From Eledone cirrhosa (lineage: Eukaryota): a stretch of DNA of 64,000 nucleotides. Of the stretch, positions 1 to 13,980 are shown piece by piece (the first letter of the stretch is position 1; each line of letters starts with the position of its first letter). The translations under genes were made by a program, and so were the position numbers. Location: assembly GCA_964016885.1 (NCBI GenBank), contig OZ024742.1, positions 24,676,001-24,740,000 on the forward strand, read 5' to 3'. The notes under the pieces were generated by a model that worked only from the letters and a program-made list of their open reading frames with translations, was not told where the DNA came from and did not search any database.

Positions 1-9
1 TGTGTCATG

Positions 10-52
<43 letters not shown>

Positions 53-60
53 ATGTGTAC

Positions 61-104
<44 letters not shown>

Positions 105-250
105 ATATATGTATATATATATCTGTGTGCGTGTATATGTGTATATAAATATATATATGTGTGTATATGTGTATTTATATATATATATGTGTGTATATAT
201 ATATATATGTGTGTGTGTGTGTATATATATATATGTGTGTGTGTGTGTGC

Positions 251-288
<38 letters not shown>

Positions 289-310
289 GCACACATATAC
301 ATACATATAG
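1..310. repeat. Mixed (TA)n/(TG)n microsatellite
   Basis: Directly visible dinucleotide runs; explains the YI/VC-rich spurious ORFs. Confidence 0.97.
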
Positions 311-626
311 CTTAGTCGTTATACATACATACATTATTATATATACACATCCAAACACAAACTTATAGCTTACATAGTTTGCCAAACATATATGTATACA
401 CATTCATACTACTTTTCTGTTTATATATAATCACAGACACCTTAGATAGTTATGTGTTACTTATATACACACACATATGTACACACAAATATATATATAT
501 ACACAGAACAGTTAAGTAGCTGTTTGTTATTCAAACATGCATTCAACTTTGGTAGTTTTATGTATACACAGAATTTAACAAGATTGTTACATATATACGC
601 ATATGTATGAATATACACATACAGAT

Positions 627-957
627 GGAGGCACATGGCTTACAATCGAAAGGTTGTGAGTTCAATTCTCAGACCGGGTGATGTGTTGTTTCCTTGAGCA
701 AGACACTTTATTTCACATTGCTCCAGTTTACTCAGCTGTAGAAATGAGATGATAGGGCCTAGGGTCCCTATCATTCCACTGCAAAGTGGTCGTGGAGGTG
801 CCACGGCAGAAAAGCACCCAGCAGTCACTGTAAATGAGGTTGGTGTTAGGAAGGGCATCCAGCTGTAGAAATCAAGCCAGAATCAGTTCCCGTACCACCC
901 TTGCAAGCAGGGAAAAGTGGACATAAAATGAAATGATGATGATGATGAAATGATGAT
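627..957 (+). mobile_element. tRNA-derived SINE (family A; CORE-like centre, RTE-type (GAT)n tail), copy with a deletion in the tRNA head
   Basis: B-box-like GAGTTCAATTCT; CORE-like 'tgtttccttgagcaagacacttt'; 3' part 'ggtgttaggaagggcatccagctgtagaaa...(gat)n' shared with the RTE LINE 3' UTR; near-identical to 7567-7908 but lacks ~21 nt of the head. Confidence 0.85.
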
Positions 958-1211
958 TTGTATATTTAAGATAGTAGTTGGTTATATATACACACATCAG
1001 TGCATGGGGGAGTGTAGAACTTTAGATAAATTGGGGTAACCACAGATTATAAGGTACTCAATACATTAGTAGAGTGTAAACAGCATTATTTGATACAGAA
1101 ATGGCTTCTACAGGACTAAAACTGTTTCATTTGTATGAAATTATCAGGAATGCCTGGGGATTTCATATGAATGAAACTGTTCTAATTTTGTAGAAGCAAT
1201 TTCTATATGAA

Positions 1212-1400
1212 ATAATTGTTTCTACTTTAGGCACAAGGCCAGCAATTACCCAGTGCATTACTGGTACTTTATTTTATCGACCCCGTAAGGTTGAAAGGCA
1301 AAGTCAACCTCGGCGGGATTTGAACTCAGATCGTAAAGGGACATAACTATGCTGGAAAGCATCGCGTCCGACCCTCTACCGATACTGCCAATCCACCGCC
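1212..1400 (-). mobile_element. tRNA-derived SINE (family B) with target-site duplication
   Basis: On - strand: 'ggcggtggattggcagtatcgg' head, B-box 'gagttcaaatccc', central 'gactttgcctttca..ccttacggggtcgataaaataaagtaccag', (ATT)n tail; flanked by direct repeat caatttctatatgaaat (1198-1214 and 1401-1417). Confidence 0.88.
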
Positions 1401-1434
1401 CAATTTCTATATGAAATTTCTATATGAAATAATG

Positions 1435-1468
<34 letters not shown>

Positions 1469-1489
1469 GTCTGTGTGAGATGTGCGATT

Positions 1490-1928
1490 CTGCATAGTAG
1501 TGAGACATGAGCAGCAACTACAGTGGATATGCAACAGCTGGAGAAATGAAGCAAGCATGCTCCGTTGGATGTGCAATGTCAATGTGCATGAACGACCAAG
1601 CATACATGAGTTGAGAGAGAAACTGTGAATAAGAGGAATAAGTTGTAGTGTGTGGGAGAGAAGACTGCATTGGTATGGACATGTGATGCACATGGAGGAT
1701 GACCACTCGGTAAAGAAGTACCAAGATATCCCAGTAGAAAGAAGATGCAGTAGAGGAAGACTACGGAAAACATAGGCGGAGGTGGTGAGAGCGAACCTCA
1801 GATTGCTGAAGCTTACGGAGGAGATGACGAAGGACTGTGAGAAGTGGAGAGATGCTGCGCTGAATAGGACCCATCCCACCTTTGCAAGCAGGAAAAAGCG
1901 GACGTAAATTGATGAGGATGATGATGAT
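1490..1928 (+). mobile_element. Degenerate 3' fragment of an RTE-clade LINE
   Basis: Interrupted 'NEASMLRWMCNV...RRLHWYGHVMHM...RGR' remnant ending in gacgtaaa...(gat)n; similar fragments at ~8255-8515 (+), ~18040-18400 (+), ~23010-23165 (-), ~35715-36075 (-). Confidence 0.8.
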
Positions 1929-2004
1929 ATATATGTCATAAACAGGTAAAATTCCAGAGTAACAAGACTCTCTATTTAGCCTTTATAAAATGAATTTATG
2001 ATAA

Positions 2005-2190
2005 TAACAATGTTTCTACTTTTAGCACAAAACCAGCAGTTATCCCAGTGCATTACTGGTACTTTATTTCATCAACCCCCATAAGGAAGAAAGGTAAAGT
2101 TAACCTCGACGGGATTTGAACTCAGAAAGTAAAGGGCCATAACTCTATGCTGCAAAGTATGGCGTCGTACTTCCCTATACTACCAAACCA
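2005..2190 (-). mobile_element. SINE family B copy
   Basis: Same sequence as 1212-1400 with substitutions. Confidence 0.85.
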
Positions 2191-2227
2191 ATGGGTATAA
2201 ATCCAAGTTGAAGCTACAATATAGCGC

Positions 2228-2261
<34 letters not shown>

Positions 2262-2263
<2 letters not shown>

Positions 2264-3879
2264 GTAGCTTTTGTAGACCTGGAAAAAGCCTTTGACAGAG
2301 TCCCCCACTCCATTATCTGGTGGGCTCTTAGAAAACTAGGTGTAGATGAATGGATGTGAGAGCTATACAAGCTATGTATAATGAAACAGTCAGTAAGGTT
2401 AGAATTAACAATGAATATTGTGAAGAATTTAGTGTAAAAGTTGGTGTTCACCAAGGCTCTGTCCTTAGCTCCCTTCTATTTATTATTGCCCTTCAGGCTA
2501 TAACAGAGGAGTTCAAGACCGGCTGCCTATGGAAACTCCTATACGCAGATGATCTAATGCTCATAGCTGAATCAATGGCTGAACTAGAAAAGAAATTCCA
2601 AACATGGAAACATGGCCTAGAATCAAAAGGCCTTAAAGTTAACTTGTCTAAGACTAAAGTCCTAGTTTGTAGAAAGGAAAATAAGGCACAGGTACCCTCA
2701 GGGAAATGGCCTTGCTCGGTGTGTAGGAAAGGAGTAGGCAGAAATTCAATTTTATGTCCCAAATGCAAAGTATGGGTACATAAAAGATGTAGTGGGATCA
2801 CAGGTAAACTATCTAAGAATGTAGACTTTATATGTTGCCGATGCTCTGGTGCAATAGGTAGCAAGTGTCCACAGGATATTAGGCCCTTCTATTGCCCAGA
2901 TGGTTCTATAGAAATAGTAGACACTTTCTGTTACCTGGGTGATGAAATCAGCAGAGGTGGAGGGTGTTCTGAAAGTACAGTAGCCAGAGTCAGAACGGGA
3001 TGGAAAAAGTTCAGAGAGCTTATACCGCTATTGGCCACAAAAGGTTTCTCTCTAAAAATGAAAGGCAGATTGTATGATGCTTGTATACGAAAAGCAATGC
3101 TACATGGCAGTGAGACATGGGCATTGCATGCAGAGGAAAGGAACAAAGCATGCATGCTCTGTTGGATGTGTAATAGTAACATACGTGAACGGCAAAGCAT
3201 AAATGAACTAAGTGAGAAATTAGGAATAAGAGGGATCAGATGCTGTTTACTCAAGAGAAGACTACGTTGGTATGGCCACGTGATGCGCATGAAAGATGAC
3301 AGCTGTATAAAAAAGTACAGGGCGATCAAAATTGATGGTAGTTACGGAGTAGGTAGACCCAGAAAAACATGGGACGATCTGATAAATTCTGACCTTACAC
3401 ACTTGCACCTCTCTAAGACAATGTCACTGGACCGAGATCTTTGGCGCTACGCAGTAATACAGAAGACCCGCCTTGCCTATGTACAAAGCGAAACCTACAG
3501 TCAGTAGGCACCTCTTAACCAAATATACACCCCAATCCACTACCCCTACCCTATCCTCCCACTCCCACCAACACCACCCCTCTCTATAAAGTTGGTACCA
3601 CAACATCCAGTCCAAATAAATGAGATAAATGAGATCGAGATTGTGTAGGTGTCACGAGAAAAAACACACAGTCCACGCTGTAATGTGACCGTGTAGGTAG
3701 CACGGTAAAAGGTTCCCAGTCCCACACTGTAAATGTGGTTGGTGTTAGGAAGGCATAAAGCCATAGAAACCCTGCCAGATAGTACTATATGAGTGAGACA
3801 CGGTCACCTGACCAACCATGCCTCAAATGGGACAACTCCCGTCTAACCCATGCTAGCGTGGAAAGTGGACATTAAACGA

Positions 3880-3883
<4 letters not shown>
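2262..3883 (+). mobile_element. 5'-truncated RTE-clade LINE (RT C-terminal half plus 3' UTR)
   Basis: 'AFVDLEKAFDRVP' at the start; ORF 2350-3507 has GVHQGSVLS, LLYADD, YLG and RRLRWYGHV motifs; 3' UTR ends 'ggacattaaacga'; colinear with 26470-28040. Confidence 0.95.
2350..3507 (+). pseudogene. Partial RTE reverse transcriptase ORF with an internal Cys/His (PHD-like) finger
   Basis: 385-aa ORF from the track; YADD catalytic motif; C-x2-C...C-x2-C-x4-H-x2-C...C-x2-C insertion; 5' part missing. Confidence 0.9.
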
Positions 3884-3936
<53 letters not shown>

Positions 3937-4027
3937 CATGAAAAGTTATATTTAAAATTGTTGGGTTACAACTAGTAAATATTTATAACTGATATAAAAG
4001 CACTCGACAAATATTTGGAGTATATTT

Positions 4028-5280
4028 ACAATATTAAATAAATGGAAACTATATTTATAAAACCATATTTATTTCATTATATATATTTCAGGGATATCAT
4101 ATTAACAATATGCTATGCCTTCCTCAGACAAAATACAATATAAACAGTTTTATAGATAAATAGATTCGACATACCGTAATAACATCGACTTGCATTTGAA
4201 GAGGTTGATATGGCAGTGAAAAAATTGTACACAGAGAGAAAGAAAGAGAGAAAAAAGAAAGAAAGACAGAAAACGAAGAAAAGGAAGAAAAAGAAGAAAT
4301 GCATGGAACAAAATAGAGAGATGGAAAGATAGATAAAGAGAAGAACTTCATGTAAAGAAACAGAAAGAGATATATATATATATAGAGAGAGGAAATAGAG
4401 ATAGATACATATATATATAGAAAATTAGGTAGTGGGAGGTCTGTTGAGTAAATGTATCAATGATACATTTATTTATTTATTTATTTAGCTCTAGTATTAA
4501 TGTAAGGGAGATATATATAGAGAGAAAAAAATATAGAGAGAGAAAAAATATAGCAAGAGAAAAAATTTAAAAATAACCAGATATATGCGAGGCGCAAAAA
4601 CCCTATGTTTTAATGTAGAGGTATTAGTATTTATAAAACATCCACTATATTGTAAATATCAGTATTCCTGAATGAGACAAGTATCCATAGTGTGTGAAAA
4701 TTAATGAACTTATGTTTAGTTTTTTAAAAAAATTCACATGTTTATGTAATAGCTACAAACATCCATGTGAATCTACATGATCAATTCTGCAAAGCCTAAG
4801 TTCACGGAAAACATTCTCAATGTGGTATAAAAATTTGAGTATACATATATGAGTATTATTATTCCTGTCTTTACTCTACAAGATTATCTATCAAGCAGAA
4901 ATAGAGAGCAGATTTCAATATACTAATAAAAATATATATCAGAAACAAAACTAAAAAATAACAATAATAATAATAAGTAATAATAAAATAGAAAACTAAA
5001 AAAATATTACGAAAGAATATTACATATTAAAAATATTACGTATTAAAAAATTTACTTATTAAAAATATTAAAAATAAAAATATTAGAAAATACTACAATA
5101 ATAAAAAAAAATAATATTAGAAAATACTACAATAATAAAAAAAATTAAAATAAACCACAAAGATCAACCCTTCAAAATTAATTGACAATATATTGCCAAG
5201 TTCATTATAAGCATCAGAGTCGAAAAACAGACAAAGCCAAAAATTATCTATCAAATCACATCTAGCAAAGATCATTTCAA
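4028..5280 (-). repeat. Left arm of a ~1.25-kb inverted repeat (inverted pLTR)
   Basis: Reverse complement of 6066-7316 with only a handful of substitutions seen by eye; mirrored ORFs 4124-4351(-) and 6993-7178(+) give the same peptide. Confidence 0.97.
4070..4135 (-). ncRNA. Type I minimal hammerhead ribozyme (intact core)
   Basis: Minus strand: UAUUUUGU-CUGAGGA-AGGCAUAGCAUAUUGUUAAUAUGAUAUCCCU-GAAA-UAUAUA-UA-AUGAAAUA. Has CUGANGA and GAAA cores; stem II closed by AGG/CCU with an inner CAUAUU/AAUAUG hairpin; palindromic stem III; 8-bp stem I with 2 G-U pairs. Confidence 0.8.
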
Positions 5281-5830
5281 TAGACATACAATAAAATTAA
5301 CCTACTCATCCACCAAAAATTTAGCACAAAATATTAATAGAATAAATAATAGGAACTTAAAACCTAGTGATAATAGCATAAATAATATACAAGTTAACAA
5401 ATGTAACTGTAGAGATAGATCTAAATGTCCGTTAAATAACAACTGCTTAGTTAAAAATATAGTATACAATTGTAATGTTAATACTGACTCTAATTCTTTT
5501 AACTACGTCGGTTCCACATCGACGGAATTTAAACTTCGCTATAATAACCACAAGAATTCTTTCACAGATCCAAGCAAAAAATCCTCAACGGCACTATCAG
5601 GCGTACTCTGGCAACTTAAGCTAGATAACGTTAGATATTCGACGGCTTGGAATATAGTCTCAAGAGGGATTCCTTTTAATTCATCCTCTGAGACATGTGA
5701 CCTCTGCGCAGAGGAGATATTCTTTATACTAAAATCTAAAAATTCCCTTAATCTACGGACAAATTTATTCAGTTGTTGCAAACATAGATTAAACTCAACG
5801 TTTAAATATAAATTTAAATTTAAAATGTAG
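5276..5830 (+). pseudogene. PLE C-terminal linker plus GIY-YIG endonuclease (open frame, no start codon, 5'-truncated)
   Basis: Manual translation: FNRHTIKLTYSSTKNL...KCNCRDRSKCPLNNNCLVKNIVYNCNV...FNYVGSTSTEFKLRYNNHKNSF...TALSGVLWQLK...AWNIV...CDLCAEEIFFILKSKNSLNLRTNLFSCCKHR...KFKM* (TAG ends at 5830). IVY/YVG dyad plus the conserved R, H, E and N positions of PLE GIY-YIG domains. Confidence 0.9.
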
Positions 5831-6065
5831 TATATTTAGTTTGATTTATATTTATATGGGAAACTAGCCGATAAATCTTTGATTCCTTCTTTTTATTCTT
5901 TTTTATTTTTTATTTTAATTTTATTTTTATTTAATCATTCCTCATGAAAAATTAAGCTACCCTAAAAGCTGATGCTCCAAATATTTCGAATAAACGTTAC
6001 ACTAGATAAACTTCTATATTAAATATAAGAACACATGTAGACCAAATTTGGGCATCCTAAACTTT

Positions 6066-7908
<1,843 letters not shown>

Positions 7909-8565
7909 ATATATATATTTATAATAATAAGGTTTGATGGACCCAGCATATTTATCAATGCCAGTACCTGTTGTGTCTCAGCGCACTCAATGGGCAATGT
8001 AAGATACATTACCAGAGTATACACATAGTTATTTGCCTCAACACAACACACGTAAAACGGGTGCCTATAAGGTTCCCAGACATGAGTTTCTGCCGCACTA
8101 ATGCAGCAGTAATATATATATATATATATGATGTGTTGTTTTCTTGAGCAAGACACTTTATTTCACATTGGTCCACTTTACTCAGCTGAGAGAATAGGGA
8201 AAAAGCGGACTTAAAATGAAATGATGATGATGATATATATATATATATATATATGTATATGTATATTTTGGTGTAAGAGGAATCAAGATTAGTGTTCAAG
8301 ATAGAAGGCTTCACTGGTTGTGGAATTGTGTTGTATATGAAGTACAAGGAGTTTTCTGTGGAATAAAGCTGCAGAAAAAGAAGACCAAGGAAGACTTGGG
8401 TAAAAATGAGAGCAGATCTCAGAACACTGAACATCAGAGGGGTTGAAGGAACATGACAAATGGAGGGAGGCTGTGTTGGAGTGGACCTATCCAACACATA
8501 AAGAAGAATGATGATATAATTTGTGTATTATACATAAACACCCTCATGGACATGGTTAGACTTTT

Positions 8566-8987
8566 GCACACACACACACACACACACACATGCACACATA
8601 CTTTCACACACATGCACACACATACTCACACGTACATACGCACACACACACACACACACACACAAACACATGCACACATACTCATACACACACATGCACA
8701 CACATACTCACACACACACACACACTCACATAGACTCACGCACATATAGACATACTCACACTCTCACACACACATACACACGGATACTCACACACACACA
8801 CACATTCACACACATACTCACATGGTCGCACATTTGCACTGACACACCCATTCTCAGACACACTTGCTCTTACGTACACACATACTCAGGCACACACACT
8901 GACACACACTCCAAACAATGGATTAAAGTGTAATGTAATATTTCCAGGAATTATTCCATGTCTTTGAATATTTGGTAGCTGTTACTG

Positions 8988-9034
<47 letters not shown>

Positions 9035-9113
9035 GTTACTACTGTTACTACTCCTACTACTACTACTGTTACTACCACTACTAGTACTGTTACTACTACT
9101 ACTAATACTACTG

Positions 9114-9165
<52 letters not shown>

Positions 9166-9182
9166 CATTACTACTGCTGCTG

Positions 9183-9227
<45 letters not shown>

Positions 9228-9347
9228 TTGTTACTACCACTACTACTACTGTTACTACTACTGCTACTACTACTACCACTACTACTACTACTGCTATTAC
9301 TACCACTACTAGTACTGCTGCTGCTACCATTACAACTATTTCTACTG

Positions 9348-9412
<65 letters not shown>

Positions 9413-10005
9413 ATCATTACAACTATTTCTACCTCTGCTGCTACTACTACTACCAAAATAACTCAGATAATATCAATAAAACATCAAAAATCAATATTAA
9501 CAACATCATTTGTTATAATAACATTGTAATTATTATTATTATCATTATTATCATTATTATTATTATTATTATTATCATTATTATTTACATAATGGCTGTT
9601 GTGGATGATGATGATGATGATAATGTAATAATTATCATTATTATTTCATTCATAATGCAGATCTTAATCATAATAATTATTCTAACTTTAATAACTCATA
9701 ACCATTGTAATAATTACCACCACCACAGCTACCACCACAGTAACCACCAACACCACCAGCACAGCTACCACTACAGCTACCACCACTACCAACACCACAG
9801 CTACCACCACCACCACTACAATCATCACTACCTCAACTACCATTGTTACAACCCACAACCACCACTGTTACCACCACCACCACAATCACCCTGCCCCCAC
9901 CACAACCACCACTGTTACCACCACCACAACCACGACAACCCCCCCCCCCCCAGCACAACCACCACCACTGTTGCTACAACCACTACTGTTACCATGACCA
10001 CTACC
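8566..10005. repeat. Cluster of simple repeats: (CA)n 8566-8910, (ACT/GCT)n 8980-9453, (ATT)n ~9530-9585, (CAC)n ~9715-10005
   Basis: Directly visible; accounts for the poly-T/V/L/H ORFs. Confidence 0.95.
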
Positions 10006-10129
10006 ATCCAATGCTATATTTGTCATCTCCATAACACCTCATCCCTATTCTTTTTATTACTTTAATGCTCCTCATAATTGTCAACATGTCTGGGCTTTTT
10101 CCTGTAGCAATAATACAGTTAAAGAGATG

Positions 10130-10790
10130 TTGAAGTGCTTTGATAAGTGGTTCACAACTCACAATCTACAACCAGCAAATTGCTCAAGTTACGAAGTTTG
10201 TATATCTCGGTCACAAACTATCTTTAAACAACAATGGAATGGTTGCTGCGCAGTATCGCATCGCTCTAGGTTGGGCAGCTTTCAACAGGAACAAGGAAGT
10301 ACTAACATCAAAACGAGTTTCCTATCATTTGAAGGCTAAGATCTTTGATACTTACATCCTACCAGTTGTGTTATATAGTCTTGACTGTGTTAATTGGACG
10401 ACAAGGTCACTTCAGAAGCTCCCTACATTCCCGAACCACATCATGAGACTTATGACTGGCAAGCAGCTCAACGATCGTATCTGTATCAGTGAGCTGCTCA
10501 ACATTACCAGACTTAGACCAATTACATCAATTGTCAAGTCAAGAGTACTCAAACTATACGGTCATATAAAAAGATCAACTCGTGGTGTGAGTAAGTTATG
10601 TCTGGGCGGTAGGTTGGCTGGTAAGAGAAGCAGAGGCCGGCAGCCAAAACGATTGGCTTGGCAATGTCAACTTATGGAGGACTGGACTTGATCTTTGCTC
10701 TTTAAACTCTGTTGCTGGTGATTGAACTTTGTGGAGAAAAATATCTCATGTTGATGCGCAGACTGCAACTGGTGGAGTTTAGCACCACAA
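10130..10790 (+). mobile_element. 3' fragment of a different RTE-like LINE
   Basis: ORF 10140-10691: 'VTKFVYLG...RIALGWAAF...KAKIFDTYILPVVLY...LKLYGHIKR...GKRSRGRQPKR', the typical post-RT C-terminal region of RTE elements. Confidence 0.85.
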
Positions 10791-10809
10791 GAAGAATCAT
10801 TGTCAAAAT

Positions 10810-10993
10810 CATTACCGCCACCAGCATCACCACCATCACCACCATCATCATCATCACCACCATCATCATCACCACCATCATGATCATCATCACCACCATC
10901 ACCACCATCACCACCACCACCAGCATCACCACCACCATCAGCATCACCACCACAACCAGCATCACCACCACCATCATCACCATCATCATCACT
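10810..10993. repeat. (CAT/CAC)n microsatellite
   Basis: Directly visible. Confidence 0.95.
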
Positions 10994-11003
10994 GCAAGTG
11001 CTA

Positions 11004-11400
11004 TAATAATAATAATAATTGTTTCTACTTTTGGCACAAGGCCAGCAAATTTACCCAGTGCATTACTGGTACTTTATTTTATCGACCCCCGTAAGGATGA
11101 AAGGCAAAGTTAAACTTGGCGGGATTTGAACTCAGACCATAAAGGGCCATAACTCTTTGCTGCAAAGCATGGCGTCCGACTCTCTACTGATACTGCCAAT
11201 CCACCAATAATAATAATAATAATTGTTTCTACTTTTGGCACAAGGCCAGCAATTACCCAGTGCATTACTGGTACTTTATTATATCGACCCCGTAAGGATG
11301 AAAGGCAAAGTCAACCTCGGTGGGATTTGAACTCAGATCGTAAAGGGACGTAACTATGCTGGAAAGCATGGCGTCCGACTCTCTGCCGATACTGCCAATC
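11004..11400 (-). mobile_element. Two tandem SINE family B copies (11004-11206, 11207-11400)
   Basis: Each has the B-box, central domain and (ATT)n tail on the - strand. Confidence 0.88.
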
Positions 11401-11402
11401 TA

Positions 11403-13000
11403 ACCACAAGGCTTTACACAAAGTAGACATTAAGGACGGTACAGGACAATACAGGATGGTACAAAAGGGCATTTCTTCGTGTAAAAAACAAAAAAAACAG
11501 AGGATGTAATAATAGAACAATGAAAAAATTCCCCAATAGGGGGGAGACTTCCGAGGGCCATTGTGGAGAAAGCCCATTAAAAAGCCACGGTGACCCTCAC
11601 CACCAGGGCAATTGTCCTCTCCCAGTTTTCCACCTTCAATTTACAGGCATATACTCAGAGTAGGTCCACTCACTCGGGCCATTCTTGCCTCTCTCACTAT
11701 CTTTCAACAAAATGCTGGGAAGAGAGCACCTCCCTCTTTACCCTGATTTTCCTTTTCAAATGAAATTGGAAAAAGTTAATCAAGGCATCACCGAAGAGGT
11801 AAGTGCTAGTCTTCAACCCTTTCGGACGTGTCCACCATACTATCTCTTTCGCCATGGCCACCAGACAGATAAACACTGCCTGCCCTTCCCGGCTAAAGGA
11901 TCCATTCTACATGCGATAGCAGGTGTTCAACATAAACCCACAAGTCAGCAATGCTCGGACACTGGACGAGTGCATGCAGGACGGTCTCGTCGCCCTGTGC
12001 GCATCTCGGACATGCTCGGCTGATGGTACCTCCATGCCTGTAGAGTTTATCCCAAACTGGCAAAGCTCCTTGGTAGCACTGCCGAGCCAGGGATTTCTGG
12101 AAGTTGTCCATAGGTCCCGGCCCAAAAGTTCTTCCAAAGAGATTGGCTAGTTGATTTTTGTCGACGCCTAGAGTTTCCCCAAGTACGTCGTCGCTCTTCC
12201 CCTCCACTAATCCTCTATAGAACGCCAAGGTGGAGTTTCGACCGATCACATTGCCCGACTGCTCGAGGGCTGTGAGCGCCTGAAGACATTCCAGTCTCCA
12301 AGCGCTCCCTCTCGGTCTTCACTTGACCCAGGACTGCAACTCCGTCAAGGAGACGAGCTGTGGAAAGACGCATCTAGCAAATGGCGACCACACCTGATCA
12401 CCTTCGAGGAAGAGGTGGAGATGTCGTAGCCTGAGCGCATGTCTGCGCATCATTAGCCACGGCATGCCCAGCCCTCCGCGTAGCGGGTGTTGACAACAGA
12501 TAGACCGCCTGACCATTGGAGCGTGTCCCTTCCACAAAAAGCGAAAGAGCAAACGCTCCAGCGCAGTCGGCAGGGCTTAGGACAAGGTACGATGGCCAGG
12601 CGGTAGTAGATGATGGACGCGATGTACGCGTTAGCCACCTCTGCTCGACCTTTCAGGGATAGCTTCCTCTCCGCCCATTTCTGGGTGAGAGAAGCTACCC
12701 TGCTCGTCACCTCGTCCCAGTTTTTGTCTGTCTGGAGGTCTCATAGGGCAGACCATACAAACCAGGTGATTTACCCCTTGTGCAGCCAGTCATTACCTCC
12801 CATACTTCAGCTGCTGTTATCGGCTTTTTGCAACACTCTGCCTCAGTGGCCGAGAGCCGCAGCAGTCCGTCGAGGTAGATACTAAAGTCCATCCCTCGAT
12901 CCGGCCCGCCGCTGCCCCCGAACAGCTGAGCGAAGTGTCGCTGAAAAGCTTCACACATTTGCCCAGGATCGAGTAGCATGCGCCCGTCGTGATAATAATC
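11403..13000 (-). mobile_element. L1/Tx1-clade LINE 3' fragment with the RT core deleted
   Basis: Minus-strand remnants: 'GKSPGLYGLPYE' (RT N-term) joined directly to 'KWAERKLSLKGRAEVANAYIAS', 'FRFLWKG...GGLGMP' and zf-RVT-like 'CPRCAQGDETVLHALVQCPSIADLW'; frameshifted; higher GC than the flanks. Confidence 0.88.
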
Positions 13001-13724
13001 AATAGATGTTATCACCATCCTCTCCTTCATCTTCACTGATGTTCTAATTCCTTGTTTAACACTTTTGATACCCAGGGAGTCAAACTCCCCCTCCCACCTC
13101 TGGTTCTATGAAACAAATCCAACCATGTATGATCCAGTTCAATCAACAGCCTGCCTGTGAAATTAACATGCTAGTGGCTGAGCATTCCACATTGTACACT
13201 TAACTAAATTATCATGGAGATTCAACATGACATAGTGTGTGTTTGTGTGTGTGTGTGTGTGATGAGGTTGAGCCTTTGGCATTTAGCTAGAGTCCATCAG
13301 ACTATGTTGATCCTTTGCCTGACAGCTACAGTCTAACTAGGTTATCCCTGTTGGCTTAGCTATACAGTCTATCTGACTAGGTTGACCCTTTGTCTTACAT
13401 ATAGAGTTCATCAGACAGGCTTCAAAACAGTGTTCAACTCCTCAGTTTTATCACAAGGCATTAGTTGACCCAAGGTTATAGTATATGGTATTTGCTAAAA
13501 ATGCCAGGCATTAGGATCAAACCCAGGATCAAACTGATGACTATGATGACTAACTTCTTAACAATTTGGCCATGTTCATCATCACCATCATCGTCGTTTA
13601 ACGTCTATCTTCCACGCTAGATGTTAAACGATGATGATGATGGTGATGATGATGACCATGGCCAAATTGTTAAGAAGTTCATACCATATTTATCAGTTTA
13701 TTCACATAATTGGTAAGTGGTTAC

Positions 13725-13980
13725 ATCTTCATAGACTGAGGCAAATTTTGCTCTATCCCTTCTACATGTACATTACTGTTGTAGCTTACACCAGATGGTG
13801 GATGTGTACCTGTTCACATCTAGATAGACTGAGGCAAATTTAACTCTATGCCATCTGTTTATATCTAGATAGACTCAGGCAAACTTTGCTCTAATCTGTC
13901 TTCATATACTATACTGTTGTAGCTTTCCCCATGATGGGCAGATGAGGTTTGTACCTGTATACATTTAGATAGACTGAGCC
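13725..13980. repeat. Degenerate tandem repeat (recurring 'atagactgaggcaaa'); a second degenerate ~35-40-bp repeat lies at ~13265-13417
   Basis: The motif recurs four times with intervening similar 'actgttgtagctt...tgtacctgt' segments. Confidence 0.65.

Noticed and set aside
5-403. YI/VC/HT-rich ORFs (also at ~7284-7642, 18954-19274, 22450-22816 and 37601-38654)
   Set aside because: Dinucleotide repeat artefacts.
5186-5275. N-terminal extension of the GIY-YIG frame
   Set aside because: The frame is open here, but the sequence belongs to the inverted arm (antisense 3' UTR) and has no start codon, so it is probably fortuitous.
8923-10065. Mucin-like Thr-rich, poly-Val/Leu and His-rich ORFs
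   Set aside because: These are translations of trinucleotide microsatellites open in several frames, with no splice or domain support.
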